Source of the DNA: Hypanus sabinus
Lineage: Eukaryota
Reading direction: 5' to 3'
Assembly (NCBI RefSeq): GCF_030144855.1
Contig: NC_082715.1
Location: 145,018,001-145,082,000 of the forward strand
Length of the DNA: 64,000 bases
Made by a program: the position numbers and the translations under genes. Below the pieces are notes generated by a model that worked only from the letters and a program-made list of their open reading frames with translations, did not search any database and was not told where the DNA came from. The first letter of the stretch is position 1. Every line of letters starts with the position of its first letter. Below are positions 26,231 through 39,968 of the stretch, one piece after another.

Positions 26231-27440
26231 GGCCCATAATATCCTGCATTTTGCGTCCATTTCTTCTCTGAATGTGGAGTAATATTTGTGAGTTTCTAGT
26301 CCTGCGGACCCTTTGGCCCATTCTTGAAATATCGTTACTAATGCCTCTCTAATCTATCCAGCTACCGCCTGCAGAATCCTGGAGTGTAGTCCATCTAGTT
26401 TGTCGACTTATCTAACTTCAATTCTTTCAGCATCCCAAGCTCCTTCTCCTTCATCATAGCAACTACTATCACTTATGTTTAATTTCCTAAGAAATACTAC
26501 CGTTAAACGATTTCTTTGTAAATTCTGTTCTGTAGTCTCGATATCTGATTGTGTGAATGGGTTCAACTTTTCAAATTAATGAAAAAGTGATTATAAGAAC
26601 CTTGACCCAGCTATCCACATCTTCTGGATTTCATAGACCTCTGAGAGTTGTTATCGGCTTTTTCTTCAGAGTGTATTACCGCGGTCCAAACAACACTTTC
26701 GGAATTAATTGAGTGACTAAAAACTAGAAAATCTAAGTATAAAACCTTAACTGGTATTATTTATTCCCATTAAAATATTTCCATTATTTTTAGCCATTCA
26801 CATTCCCTCCTTTACTGAAGCAAATTGCGGCATCTCCGAGGAGAGACAAAGGCACAGGATGTCACTCAAATCCACTGCCTCATCTTTTTACGTGAATAGC
26901 TGCGACGACATTTTGGAGTTCTACCTCGCTCTTTGTCAAATCTCTTTCGGGGTTTGCTATTGGTTCTGTTTTTCATGTCTTTACGATTTTAACACCAGGG
27001 ACCGTGCCAATAATCTGTCACAATATTAACTATAGAATAGTTATATCAGATTAGAACGGGGTATTATGGGATATATAAAGTATAGCTTATGTATATTGGA
27101 GAGTACTTCACGAATGAATGGGTTCTGTCCGCCATTTTTCAGAAGCCTCTCCAGCCGGATTTTGTTTTAGCATTCCATCGATTTTTTTATCTTATTGCTT
27201 TGAATTTTGCTGTTATGTAAAACATCTCCTTCCATTACTTTGCAGCTATTCTAATGTTCATGATGTATATTTCGCTTGATGCGTTTGTGTAAGATCAAAA
27301 TACATTAATGAGATTCAGTTGTGATCGGGTTCACATGCGTTCTCACTTTTATGGTTGTAAAATCGTTGAAAAAAGACAAAGTTTAATTCTAATTTATATC
27401 AATTAATAACTCATCTCCCTGCACTTCTTTCTATTTACAG

Positions 27441-27763
27441 GTCCGCGAAAACCCGCCGTATCCGTCCTCCGACCGTCTGCGGAAGAAATTCGAGGACAGG
27501 GCACCGCCACCCTGGTGTGTTTAGTGAGCGGGTTTAATCCGGCCGCTGTGAATATCGAGTGGACTGTGGACGGCAGTACGAGAAGGAATGGCGTTGAGAC
27601 CAGCCGGATCCAGCAGGACGCGGACAACACGTTCAGTGCGAGCAGTTACCTGACTCTGCCAGCCTCAGACTGGAACTCACACGAGCGTTACTCCTGCGTG
27701 GTTAAACACGAGTCTCAGGCAACCCCATTTCAAACAAACATCGCGCGATCCAGCTGTATGTAA
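27441..27763 (+). CDS. IGL: Ig lambda constant exon, cluster 2 (...ARSSCM)
   Basis: AG acceptor at 27440; 323 nt, open; 4 nt differences from the cluster 1 C exon. Confidence 0.96.
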
Positions 27764-27792
27764 TACAATATGTTTAGAGGATGTTTCTTTAA

Positions 27793-27798
27793 AATAAA
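27793..27798 (+). terminator. Polyadenylation signal, cluster 2
   Basis: AATAAA at the homologous position. Confidence 0.7.
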
Positions 27799-30392
27799 GC
27801 AAACGAATTTCATGTACGGATGTTAAATTTTTGATTGTAGCTGTCACATTTCGCAACCGGGAGAAAACAGGCATTGCGTCCTGCTGGACGTTCTTAAATA
27901 GCATTCGTTCAGAAATTAATATCATCCATGTAATTTTATCCCACAGTAATTAAAATCTACCCGATCTGCTGTGTCGTTTTGCCTTGTACGATATGTCCGA
28001 CAAGAGCATTATTTTTCAAAACTTTGCGTAGATAGTGAAGATGATCAAGATTTGGCATTCCATGAAATAGAACAGACAACGTCGCTTACACGTTGTGCTA
28101 GTTATTGGGTTTATTTTCCTCCTGAAGAAACCATATTCACTATGGCTAGATCAGGACAAGTGGTGTAATCATTTGGCAGCGAAAATTACATACATAGTAA
28201 AAGAAATCCTGATACTGCCTTTATTTGAACATCGTAGACATATTCGATTTCCAGTTTTATCATTGTATTCTTCATGGAAATGGTTTTTCTACAGCTGGTC
28301 ATATTCAGGGAGACAAGGGCTTGTGTACCCTGTGTCAGCAGCGGCGCCGAGCAGAGTAACACTTATTAGAGTTCAAACCAATGAAATTTTTGCTCAAGTG
28401 TGCTTCGGAACTACAGTTTTCAGTAGAGGTGATTTCGGCTTACGATACCTAACAAACATTGCAAATGGTAGTCCAAAGCATTTCTAGTAAATACAGTCTG
28501 ACGGTGGCTGATTATCTAAAGCTATATCGGGATTCAAAACAGAGAAGCGCCGAAGATAGCGCACCGATATCTGAAAATTAGTTTGTATAATATACATAAA
28601 GATAGCTTTCTGTATGAAATGTAGAACACCGTGGCCATAGAATAGAGGTCAAGAGAACGGTATCCTAAATATAAGATAAATATGTCCAATAAGTAACGTA
28701 AAAGATCATTTTCAGGCGAATGAGAATACCGATTGTGATCACGTCTTTCTAATTGGTTATACAAGTTGCTTTATCCCGATAAGAAAAGAATAGCAAGAGC
28801 AAGTTTGCAACTAATCATTGAAATTCATAAATGAATTATTGAAACTGGGACATTACTATCACGTAGTCCTCATCAGTCACTCTGGACTGCGGCCGTTGGA
28901 TTTGCTTTCTCTGAGTAAGGAAGGCCTGAGGAGTTCCCTGTATCTTTACAGCTGCACAGACCAGCTATTGCTCTGAGCAGGACATTTTTACAGGACCTGT
29001 AAACTGCACAGTACTTTAAGATTACTATTATTGAAAAGTTTGTACAGAAACGTTAACCCTAGCACAGGCCTTTTGGCCCATGATGTTTTTCCTACATTTT
29101 AACCTAATCCAAGATCAATCTAACCATTCCCTTCCACAGAGCCATCCATTTTCTTTCATCCATTGGCCTAAGGGCTTCTTAAATGTCCCAGATATATTTT
29201 TGCCTCTACCACCACACTGGCAGGGCATTCCACGAACATACCACTCTGTGTAAAGAATATACCTCTGACATCCTCTATATTTTCGTCCAATCACTTTAAA
29301 AGTCTGCCCTCTCGAATATACCGCTGCCACCCTAGGCAAAGGTCGCTGGCTATCCATTCTTTCTACTCATCTTATGCATCCCTGTCAGGTCGTCTTTCAA
29401 CCGGCTTCATTCCAAAGCGAAAAGCCCTAGCTCGCTAAGCCTATACTGATAAGACATGTTCTCTAACCCGTGCGGCATCGTGGTAAATCTCCTCTAAACC
29501 CTCTCTACAGCTTCCACGTGTTTTGTATTCTGACCAGAATCAAACACAACAATGTAAGTGTAGTCTAAACAGAATTTTATGGAACTAGAACTTTCCCTGG
29601 CGGCCCTTGAACTCGATTCCCCGACTAATGCAGTCTAATTGCCTTCTGAACTGCCTTAATGACATGACGTTTTTTTGAGGGATCTATGCGAGTGGACCCT
29701 TTGTCCTCAACACTGCTAAGAATCTTCTCTTTAACCTTGTACGGCGCCTTTGATTCCACTCTTCCAAAGTCCATTATTTCACATTCTTCCGAACTGAAAA
29801 CCATCTGATACTTAACAGCCCAAATATGCATTCCATCAGTGATCCCATTGTAAACTACGACAATCTCATCCACAGCACCAACAGCCTTGTGTCAACTGTC
29901 CCATCGCCCTGTCCTTAGACCATAGCTCTCCATACCCCTCCCATCCATATTCTTTTAATATTAAAAACATATTAAGTATTGAACTCGAATCGCTTGAAAT
30001 ACTTCCAATGGCATCTCATTCCACACTTTCACTACTCTCTGTGAAAAAGCTCCTCCTCACGTTCTCCCTAAACATTTCACCTTTCACCCTCAGCTCGTGA
30101 CCTTTAATTCTAGTCGCACCCAACCCGAGTGTGAAAAGCCTGCTTACATTTACCCTATCTATTCCTCACATCATTTTGTATATCTCTATCCAATCTCCAC
30201 TCATTCTCCTATGCTCCAAGGAAGAAAGTGTTAACCTCTTCAACCTTTGCGCGTAACTTAGGTCCTCAGGTCGAGAAATAATGCTTATAAATTTCCTCGG
30301 TACTCTTTCAATTTTGTTGACATTTTCGCTGAAAGTAGGAAGTTGTCCAGAGCAGCACACAATATAGGAACGCCTTACTAACATCCATGTAC

Positions 30393-30883
30393 AGACGTCT
30401 GACAGACAGACAGACAGACATACTTTATTGATCCCGAGGGAAATTGGGTTTCGTTACAGTCGCACCAACCGAGAACAGTGTAGAAATATAGCAATACAAA
30501 GCCATAAATAATAATAAGTAAATTATGCAAAGTGGAAATAAGTCCAGGACCGGCCTATTGGCTCAGGGTGTCTGACACTCCAAGGGAGGAGTTGTAAAGT
30601 TTGATGGCCACAAGCAGGAATGACTTCCTAGGACGCTCCGTGTTGCAACTCGGTGGAATGAGTCTCTGGCTGAATGTACTCCTGTGCCTAACCAGTACAT
30701 TATGGAGTGGATGGGAGACATTGTCATGCAACTTGGACAGCATCCTCTTTTCAGACACCAACGTCAGAGAGTCCAGTTCCACACCCACAACATCACTGGC
30801 CTTAAAAATGAGTTTGTTGATTCTGTTGGTGTCTGCTACCCTCAGCCTGCTTCCCCAGCACACAACAGAAGAAAAATATGTAC
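30393..30883 (-). mobile_element. 5'-truncated Rex1/Babar insertion, unit-specific
   Basis: ORF 30555-30863 (SHPLHNVL...RKSFLLVAIKLYN), (CAGA)n tail, ATGTAC duplicated at 30387-30392 and 30878-30883; empty site near 10455. Confidence 0.85.
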
Positions 30884-32175
30884 GTCATATACACCGCTCT
30901 ACTTTTATTAACTTCTATAGTCACTTTCTCGAAAAAGTCAATCAGGTTCGTGAGGCATGAACTGCTCCTCAAAAAGCTGTACTGTATGTAATCAGACTAT
31001 GCTTCTGCAAATGAACATAAATTCTGCCTTTAAGAATCACTTCCAAAGTTTGACCACCACTGACATGCAGCTCTGGTCTATAATTCCCAGGATTATCGCT
31101 AATCCATTTCTAATACAAAGTAATAATATTTGAGACCCTCCAACCTTCTGCTATTCCTCCTGTGTCTAATGATGGCGCAAAGTATATCACCAAGAGGGAA
31201 CGTTCTCTTCCCTCGCTTCCCGTTTTAACCAAGGTGTACATCATTCGGCCTGGAATCCTTATGTCTTTTTTCAAAAGTCCGACGATATCCTATTTCTTAA
31301 CGTCACATGTTCTAGTGTGTCAGCCTGTTTTAGGCTGTCCAAATACAACTCAAGGTCCCTCTCAGTAGTGAATACTGAACAAAACTATTCATTAAGGAAC
31401 TCCCCTACCTCCTCCGACCTCAAGCATATATTTTCTCTTCTTTTACTCACTCTAGTCATCCTTCTGTGCTTCACCTACGTGTCGAACGTCTTGAGGTTTT
31501 CCTTAATCATACTCGCCAAGCTCTTCTCTTTCCCCCCTTCTAACTCTCCTAAATTCATCATTCAGCTTCTTCCTGGCTGCTTCGTAACCCTCAAGAGATC
31601 TGTCTAATCTTTCCTTCAAAAACCTTTAGTGAACTTCTTTTATCCTCTTGGTAGGATGCTTCACATCTATTGTCAATTGATCTATTGATCTTCTCCCTGC
31701 TATCCATGTTCATAAGGGAGAGCCCTACCTAGAACCCCACCAGTTTTCCCCACACAACATTCACATTTCCTTGTTCTTTTCCCTGATAAATTTGATTTCC
31801 AGTTTCTGATCACAAGCTCATGTATTATAGCATCATAATTCCCTCTCCTTCAAAACCATCTGCTCTTATCCCTCTCCAAGGCTATGGTAAGTTAGGGAGT
31901 TGTGATCACCCACGAGCAATCTGACACCTGGCCTGTTCCATTGTCTAGCACTAGATCCAGTAAGGCCTCTCTTCTAGTTGGCCTGTCCACATATTTAGGA
32001 ATCCTTCATTAACAGACCTAACAAATTCTGCTCTGTCTAAATCTTTTGTATGTATGCTAATGGAATCATTATTAGGGAAGTGCGTGTTTTTCCAGCTTTC
32101 CAAAATTGACCTGCCAACCAACTCTTTGATGTTCCTGTTGAGAGGTGTGCGCTGTACAATACTCCCAATAGAGTA

Positions 32176-32315
32176 CACACAAAGTACACTGCAGATGCTG
32201 TGGTCAAATCAACACATACAAGCAAGCTGGATGAACTCGGCAGGTCGGGCAGCATTCGTTGAAATGAGCAGTCAACGTTTCGGGCAGAGATCGTTCGTAA
32301 GGACTCAATAGAGTA
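32176..32315 (-). mobile_element. Short Penelope-type/SINE-like insertion with 10-bp TSD
   Basis: CAATAGAGTA at 32166-32175 and 32306-32315; empty site near 11705; internal GATGCTG...GAACTCGGCAGGTCGGGCAGCA...ACGTTTCGGG typical of elasmobranch PLE-derived repeats. Confidence 0.65.
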
Positions 32316-33870
32316 ACTGCAACCCTTCATATTTCTGAATTCCACCCACAGTCACGTGGGAACATTCAGCAGCTTTTTCTGCCTTTGTGACAACCATATT
32401 TTGGATTATATTTTGGATCGGGAATGAGAATGGCTCCTCCAAGAACAAAAAGGCAAATACATGTTATCATCGTTCTTTACCTCGTGGTTTTCCAATATCT
32501 GTCTTGATTTTTGAGCAACGCATTCACAAGTGACACTGGGTGCGTGCTAATTGTTTCAAAGAGACACAGGCCGTAGTTTGATTAAGAGTCTTGGAATGTG
32601 CAGTAACTCTACGTTTTTTAACAGACGAGGAATCTCCTGTTGTAACTTCTTCAGACTTATCATTTCCGTGGACTCCTGCGCTGAAACATTGACAAGAGTC
32701 ATATCAATGGCTCACGTGGAAAATAAACCTCTACGGTATCGGTGTTATGTCTTCCCTGATCTGGATTGCTATTTATTACTAGATTTCATTGGTTAATTGT
32801 TAGTTCACAGCTGATGTTGATTAATCGATACGCCGTTGTTAAGCCATTATCTGTCGTCATCAGATCGGCCATTATACAATCGCTTGTACATTAATTCATT
32901 CGTTGAAAGCACTTGTTAGAAGTCGAAGGAATTTCAATCAATATTTGAATCAGCCTTGACTGTGGGCAGAATAATAGGTGATAACTTACTGGCGTGGATA
33001 GAAAATTTATTGACTGACAAAACACGAATTGCAGACATTAATTTCCGAGTCTCTGGAATGATATATCTCAGAATCTGTGAAACAATTCAGGTCCCTCCAC
33101 TTCGCTGATGACAAAAGTCAAATAGGTAATTACATTCTGAAGAGTAAGTCAAAAGGCTAGGGAGGGATATTGTTAATCTAAGTGGATGAGCTAAAATCTG
33201 GCAAAGCAAAAGGAGGAAAAAGAGGAAAATAGGAAAATAGAGTGACTGAGCTGGCATGAAAAATGCTTCAACATATTTTCGAAACAATTGGAGATTGTAA
33301 CCTTCCAAGTTGAAGAGAAGTAAGGGCATTTAGATCACGCTAGTATGTAATTCACAAAATGCTACTATTCAGGTGCGAGTAACTAAAAAGGCTAGGAACA
33401 TGTTAAGGGAATTAAGTGCAAAATTTGGGGGTGTTATGCTTCATATGACAGAGTTTTGGGACTTGACTAAAATCTACTAGTCCTTATTAACAATACGTAC
33501 GCTTCATAAACCTTGTAGACTGAAGCTCTACGGCAGGAAGGGCTCATGACGATACTTTCCTCTCTAAGTCCGGCACCTGACGACTTGGGGAACCCGAGAG
33601 TAACACGCCTGAACACGAGATAAATAGACCTGGAGAATTCAAGAAAGGCGATTCATCTCCCAACAAGGTTGGTCGGCTCGAGATAGACCGGATAAACTGG
33701 AGACAGACCTGAGGAACTCGAGATAGTCCTGGGCAACCCGTGACAAGGCTGGTCATCTCGAGATAGACATTGAATAAATTTGGGAAACACGAAATAACTC
33801 TGGAGAATATGGAATAAAACTCGGGAACATTTAATAGTCCTCGGAAGCGTGGAGGACCTGTACGGCATGA

Positions 33871-34092
33871 TGTTCACAGCTGATGTTGATTAATCGATTG
33901 GGCGTTTTTAAGCCATTATCTGTCGCCATCAGATCGGCCATTATATAATCGCTTGTATATTAATTCATTCGTTGAAAACATTTTTTAGAAGTCGAAGGAA
34001 TTTCAATCAATATTTGAATCAGCCTTGAGTGTGGGCAGAATAATAGGTGATAACTTATTGGCGTGGATAGAAAATTTATTGACTGACAAAAC
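33871..34092 (+). repeat. About 222-bp local duplicate of 32804-33026, flanked by 9-bp direct repeats
   Basis: ACGGCATGA at 33862-33870 and 34093-34101. Confidence 0.85.
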
Positions 34093-35229
34093 ACGGCATG
34101 AGGGCCTGGGAGACCCAGGAACCCTTAACAACCCTAAAATTCTTGATAAAAGCCCTGAAAGTGGTCTAGGCTAGCTCTAAACGTGGACTCGGAATTTGGA
34201 CTCCAGAAACTCAGAATGAAGGCTCGAGACACTCGGATAAAGACTGAAGTCCGGGCATTACTTTACAAGTTCCACTGGAACCTTACATCACTGCGTTTCC
34301 TCAGTAACCGTGCAGACTGAATGCAAGTACGGAGAAAAGACAGGCTGCCATTCGGAGTCAGCGACATGATTTTATTCATAGGAGTTCCAACTGACCATCG
34401 GCGGCTCGGCAAAGCGACGGCGAGAGAACTAACATTCTCAAAGCTAGGGCCAGCGAAATTAATAATTGGAAGACAGCTTAAATAATTACAGTACCCGGAA
34501 ACCCCGTGTGAGTCAAAATAAACTTTAACAGGTTTAAACAGAAAACGCAAGAGTTTAACGAGTCTCTTTAAGAGAAAAATTCACAAATAAAGACTATTTA
34601 GAAAGATTGGAGCCCAATGCCCTAAGACTTCCTGCATGGGTACGAAGAACTCATAACATCCGTTGTAAGGCGGGAATCCTCGATCGAATTACTCAAAGTA
34701 TGCACCATCATTTGACAGTTGTATACCAAGTGTTCATCTTCCCTTCTTGCTTTGCCATTAGTCTCATTGCTGTAAATCAATACCAATATCACTTTAAATG
34801 GAATGTTTAGGGCTATGTCTGCCTTTCATTTTGTTTATGTACTTACCAAAACACTCCAGTCGTTATTTCTCAGAGAAGTAAGAAAATTTCATTCTTCTTT
34901 AATTAAAACGGGCAACATAATATCATACAATTCAAATTATTTTCCACACTTCACTGGTAATCAGTTAGGCTTTTTCTTCCCTCCCAGCGTTCGCTTATGT
35001 TGACAAGTGCTTCATTTTGACATACAACTGTCCATGAAAAGTCACAGGCAAACGATTAAAGAATTAATGACAAGAGGAGAAAATCTTTCTTAACGAATCG
35101 CCAAAGTAGAGAGGCCTCCAATCACCATGCCAATGGAACTGCAATGAAAGTTGATCAGATGACAGAGTGCACAGGTGAGAGGTGGACTTAGTAGGAGTTT
35201 TCAAAAGCTTACAGTCTGTAAATCATAGA

Positions 35230-36150
35230 AGTCTCAAAGAGCTCCACGGCATGAGCAGCTGCTTTGAGCGTCCTTTGGGCTCGGACCCCAGGTTAATTCT
35301 GATCCTCCACAGTGCCAAGAGTCTTACCATTAATGTTATATTCTGCCATCATATTTGACCTACCAAAATGAGCCTCATCACACTTATCTGGATTGAACTC
35401 CATCTGCCACTTCTCAGCCCAGTTTTGCATCCTATCCATGTCCCCCTGTAACCTCCGACAGCCCTCCATGCTATCCGCAACACCTCCAACCTTTGTGTCA
35501 TCAGTAAACTTTCTAACCCATCCCTCCACTTCCGCATCCAGGTCATTTACAAAAATCACGAAAAATAAGAGTCCCAGAACAGCTCCCTGAGGCACCCCAC
35601 AGGTAGCCGACCTCCATGCAGAATATGACCCGTCTATAACTAATCTTTGCCTTCTGTGGCCAAGCCAGTTCTGGATCCACAAAGCAATGTCCCCTTGGAT
35701 CCCATGTCTCATTACTTTCTCAATAGGCCTGGTATGGGGTACAGTATCAAATGCCTTGCTGAAATCCATATACTCTACATCTACTGATCTTCCTTAATCA
35801 GTGTTTTTAGTCACATCCTCAACAGATTCAATCAGGCTCGTAAGGTAGGACCTTCCCTAGACAAAGCCATGCTGACTACTCCTAATCATACGATGCCTCT
35901 CCAAATGTTTATAAATCCTGCCTGTCAGGATCTTCTCCATCAACTTACCAACCACTGAGGTAAGACTCACTAGTATATAATTTCCTGGGCTACATTTACT
36001 CCCTTCCTTGAATAAAGGAACAACATTTGCAAACCCTCAATCCTCCGGAAGACCTCCCGTCCCTGTTGAGGATGCAAAGATCATCGCCAGAGGCTCAGCA
36101 ATCTCCTTCCTCCCCTCTCGCAGTAGCCTGGGGTACATCTCATCCGGTGC
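35230..36150 (-). mobile_element. CR1 fragment A (unit 2)
   Basis: ORF 35293-35769 MDFSKAFD...GVPQG...FTDDTK. Confidence 0.88.
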
Positions 36151-36759
36151 CCTAACATTCCATAACCTCAGAGCAGACAAATACTTGGTTGATTGCGGTA
36201 GCTAAACGGTGTTCTGCTTCTCAATCCACGAAACCAAAGCCTGCAACTGTTTCAAGTATATATTATTCCAAACTACTACTGAAATAGCTCCGGTTACAGT
36301 TGTTTTAAGTATTTCTTATCCAGAACAATTTGTCCATATCTATTTTTGGTTTTGTTTCATATAGGGACTGTTAAAAGAAATGCCAACAATATTATCACAT
36401 GTTTGTGAAAAGCGTAACATACCCTACAAATCAACAGAGGAAGTGAGATGAATTGCTAAGGTCTGGTTTATGTGATTTAGGAATCGCAAGAGGCACAAAA
36501 GAGCTATATAACTGTAATTCCGTTTTGCAGACATTTGGAAATGCAATCACCTCCTCCTATTGGTTGTATTAATTGGCTACCATGTGGCAAGACTCCAAGT
36601 CGTTGATCTGTTACCTTGTAACCTCTGTCCATATGTTCAACCTACATTCTTTCATAGGTCTAATTGGACCTCGCTGCACAATAACCAAGCCTAGTTTTGA
36701 AAACGCTAAAGAACAAGCATTAGTGGTCATTTTGTTAGGTACGCCTGCACATCGGTTCC

Positions 36760-36975
36760 TTCATGCAAATATCTAATCAGTCAGTCATAAAGCAGCAAGT
36801 TAATGAACATGCAGACAAGAGCAGCAGCTGTTGTTCAGACCAAACATCCGAATGGGGAAGAAATGTGATCTAAATTATTTTGAACGTGGTGTGAATGTTT
36901 GTTCCAGACGGGGTGCCTTGAGTATCTTAGAAATTGCGAGTCTCGTGCGATTTTCATGCAATAAAGTGCCTCGTG
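36760..36975 (+). mobile_element. Tc1-like DNA transposon fragment (N-terminal HTH)
   Basis: IRMGKKCDLNYFERGVNVCSRRGALSILEIASLVRFS matches the Tc1 pattern MGKKGDLSDFERG..VGARRAGLSISE. Confidence 0.65.
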
Positions 36976-38342
36976 AGTTTATGTTCGTGGTCTGCTGCTG
37001 CTACAGCCTATTCACTTGGAGGTTCGACGTGTTGTGCGTTCAGAAATGCTCTTCTGCACAGAACTGGTGTAAGGCGTGGTTAATTGAGCTACTGTCGGCT
37101 TCCTGTCGGCTTCATCCAGTTTGGCCATTCGACCTTGAGCTCGCTCATTAATAATTTTATTATTTTAAATTTGCTATTGTATCATTCTCTTAAACTCGAA
37201 TAAAATTACCACTGACTGTATATGAAAGAGCACAGGACATTTCACAGAAAGCAGCTAGCTGAATGTGGAAATACAGGTAATTAAGCATTGACGGACGGAT
37301 ATTACAGAGGCTTGCCTGCTGGACTATATGGATTGGGACTAAAATGTTAAAGGCAACGTCGCATTCAGGAAGGACAGGAAGATGAGAAAATACAGAAGTA
37401 TTCGTTGACAGTGAATGTTTAACACAAAGAAATGAAGATGAATGGCCAATTTTCAGGGCACGGAGAGGAAGAGGTGGTCTGAGAAACATTAAAACAAAAT
37501 TCTCCTGTGGTATATGAATCCTGGCAAGCTATTAGGGCAACCTGCATCCAACGAAAAAAAGGCTGTTTAACATAATTGCACGTCCATGATTATTTGGAAT
37601 TATACTTCAAACTAAACAAATGGGCCAAGGTCTGTGAGGTGCTCGTTAAATATTTTGAGCTATTTCCGAATAACGTGTTCTCGCACCACCCAAAGGACAC
37701 TAAGAAGCAATTAGAGGCGGAGATTCCTTTGGAATCAGCTGCATTTTTATTTATCAGAGTATCGGGCAGGAGAGCCGAGGGGCCTACTTCGTATCCTAAA
37801 TGTGACGTGTCAGGAGGATATTACTGAACAAAAGAAGTTTTTATTTTCATGAAGATCCATTTGATTCCTGGCCCCAGTCTCCCTCAATGCCATGTGATTC
37901 TTTCTCTGCATCAAGAGAAATGGCAATTCAAAACCGCAAATGATGTCCATATTCAAGTGACTACAGTGTAACACATAGTGAATGTCACATTATATTGGTT
38001 CGTCATTTACGTCAGTAGGTGGAAATGATGCATCACTTGATACCCATATTTGCTTCAGAGAATGGAAGAACCGGGCCCTGAACACATAATACAGCAACGA
38101 CTGTGCTCTGCATCAATTACCCAAAATGTATTCATTGGAGTCATTACTCCAGAATGAATGTTATCTTTTTCAAACTGATATCATGCAAACATCGGGAAAT
38201 ATTACCGAGAGAACTCGGGCGATAATTGCTGCAACTGACATTTGGCGCTCGAGTTTATAGGATAATTTCCGTGTAAAGGCGAACATTCGACAGGATACGC
38301 TAATGCAATCCTGCACAGCTCTTTGTGTTTTAATCCAAATTT

Positions 38343-39968
38343 ACATAGAAACAAAGAAACTTAGAAAACCTACAGCACAATACAGGCCCTTCGGCCCACA
38401 AAGTTGTGCCGCACACGTCCCTACATTGCAAAATACTAGGCTTACCTATAGCGCTCTATTTTGCTAAGTTCCATGTACCTATCTAGAACTCTAACCTATC
38501 TAGAACCTATCTAAGATAGGTCTATCTTAAAAGACCCCATCGTATCCGCCTCCACCACCATTGCCGGCAGCCCATTCCACGTACTCACCACTCTGAGTAA
38601 AAAACGTACCCCTGACATCTCGTCTGTGCCTACTCCCCAGCAACCTTAAACATGTGTCCTCTTCTGGCAACCATTTCAGCCCTGGGAAAAAGACTCTGAC
38701 TATCCACATGGTCAATGCCTCTCATCATCTTGTGCACCTCTACCAGATCACCTCTCATCGTCCTTCGCTCCAAGGAGAAAAGGCCGACTTCACTCAACCT
38801 ATTCTTATAAGGATGCTCCCCAATCCAGGCACACCCTAGTAAATCTACTCTGCACCCTTTCTATGGCTTCCACATCCTTTCTGTAGTGAGGCGACCAGAA
38901 CTGAGCACAGTACTCCAAATCGGGTCTGACCAGGGTCCAATGTATCTGCAACATACCCCTCGGCTCATAAATGCAATTCCACGATTGATGAAGGCCAATA
39001 CACCATCCGCCTTCTTAACCACAGAGTCAACCTGCACAGCTACTTTGACCGTCCTATGGACTCGGATCCCAAAATCCTTCTGATGCTCCACACTGCCAAG
39101 AGTTATAACATTAATACGATATTCTGCCATCCTATTTGACCTACCAAAATAACCACTTCTCACTTATCTGGGTTGAACTCCATCTGCCACTTCTCAGCCC
39201 CGTTTAGCATCCTATCAATGTCTCTCGGTAATATCTGACAATCCTCCACACTTCGTGTCATCTGCAAACTTACTAACCCATCCCTCCGCTTCTTCATCCA
39301 AATTATTTACAAAAATCACGAAGAGTAAGAGTCCCAGAACAGATCCTTGAGGCACTCCACTGGTCACCGTCCATGCAGAATATGACCCGTTTACAACCGC
39401 ACTTTACCTTCTGTGGGCAAGCCAGTTCTGGATCCACAAAGTAATGTCCCCATGGATCCCATGCTTCTTTACTTTCTCTATAAGCCTTGCATAAGGTACT
39501 TTATCAAATGTCTTGCTGAAATCCATATACACTACTTCTACTGTTCTTCCTTCATCAATGCGTTTAGTCACATCCTCAAAAAATTCAATCAGACTCGTCA
39601 GGCACGACCTGGCCTTTAGAAAGGCGTGCCGACGACTCCTAATCATATTATACATCAAAAATCCTGCCTCTAGGGCTTTTCTCCATCATCTTACCAAGCA
39701 CTGATGTAAGAATCGCTGGTCTATAATTTCCTGGTCTGTCTCTTCTCCTTTTCTTCAATAACGTAACAACATCCGCAAACCGCCAATCCTCCTGAACCTC
39801 CCCCTTCCCGATTGATGATGCAAAATTCATCACCAGAGGCTAAGCAATTTTCTCCCTCGCCTCCTACAGTAGCCTGTGGTACATTTTGTCCGGTCCCGGC
39901 GACTTGTACAAGTTGATGCTTTCCAGAAGCTCCAGCACATCCTCTTTCTTAAAATCTATATGCTCAAG
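38343..39968 (-). mobile_element. CR1 element B (unit 2), 5' end removed by deletion
   Basis: CATAGAAA tail at 38343; SCLTSLIEFFEDVT, RPGNYRP. Confidence 0.88.

Larger units (their letters stand above)
29080..32350 (-). mobile_element. CR1 mosaic with nested insertions
   Basis: Paralogous to 9732-11900 plus an extra 3' CR1 piece (ORF 29115-29357). Confidence 0.75.

Noticed and set aside
28330-28350. CTLC motif suggesting a RAG1/Transib relic
   Set aside because: No other RAG1 core similarity around it.
28095-28487. 130-aa ORF open at identical length in two units (also 46286-46678)
   Set aside because: GTG start, about 31 amino-acid differences with no sign of purifying selection, and closed (TAG) and truncated in unit 1; probably chance.
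35308-35314. CACAGTG RSS heptamer
   Set aside because: Lies inside a CR1 with no nonamer at the required spacing.
37190-38280. Short ORFs in the unit 2 spacer
   Set aside because: No recognisable domain; a GRGGL word is too weak to assign to a retroelement.
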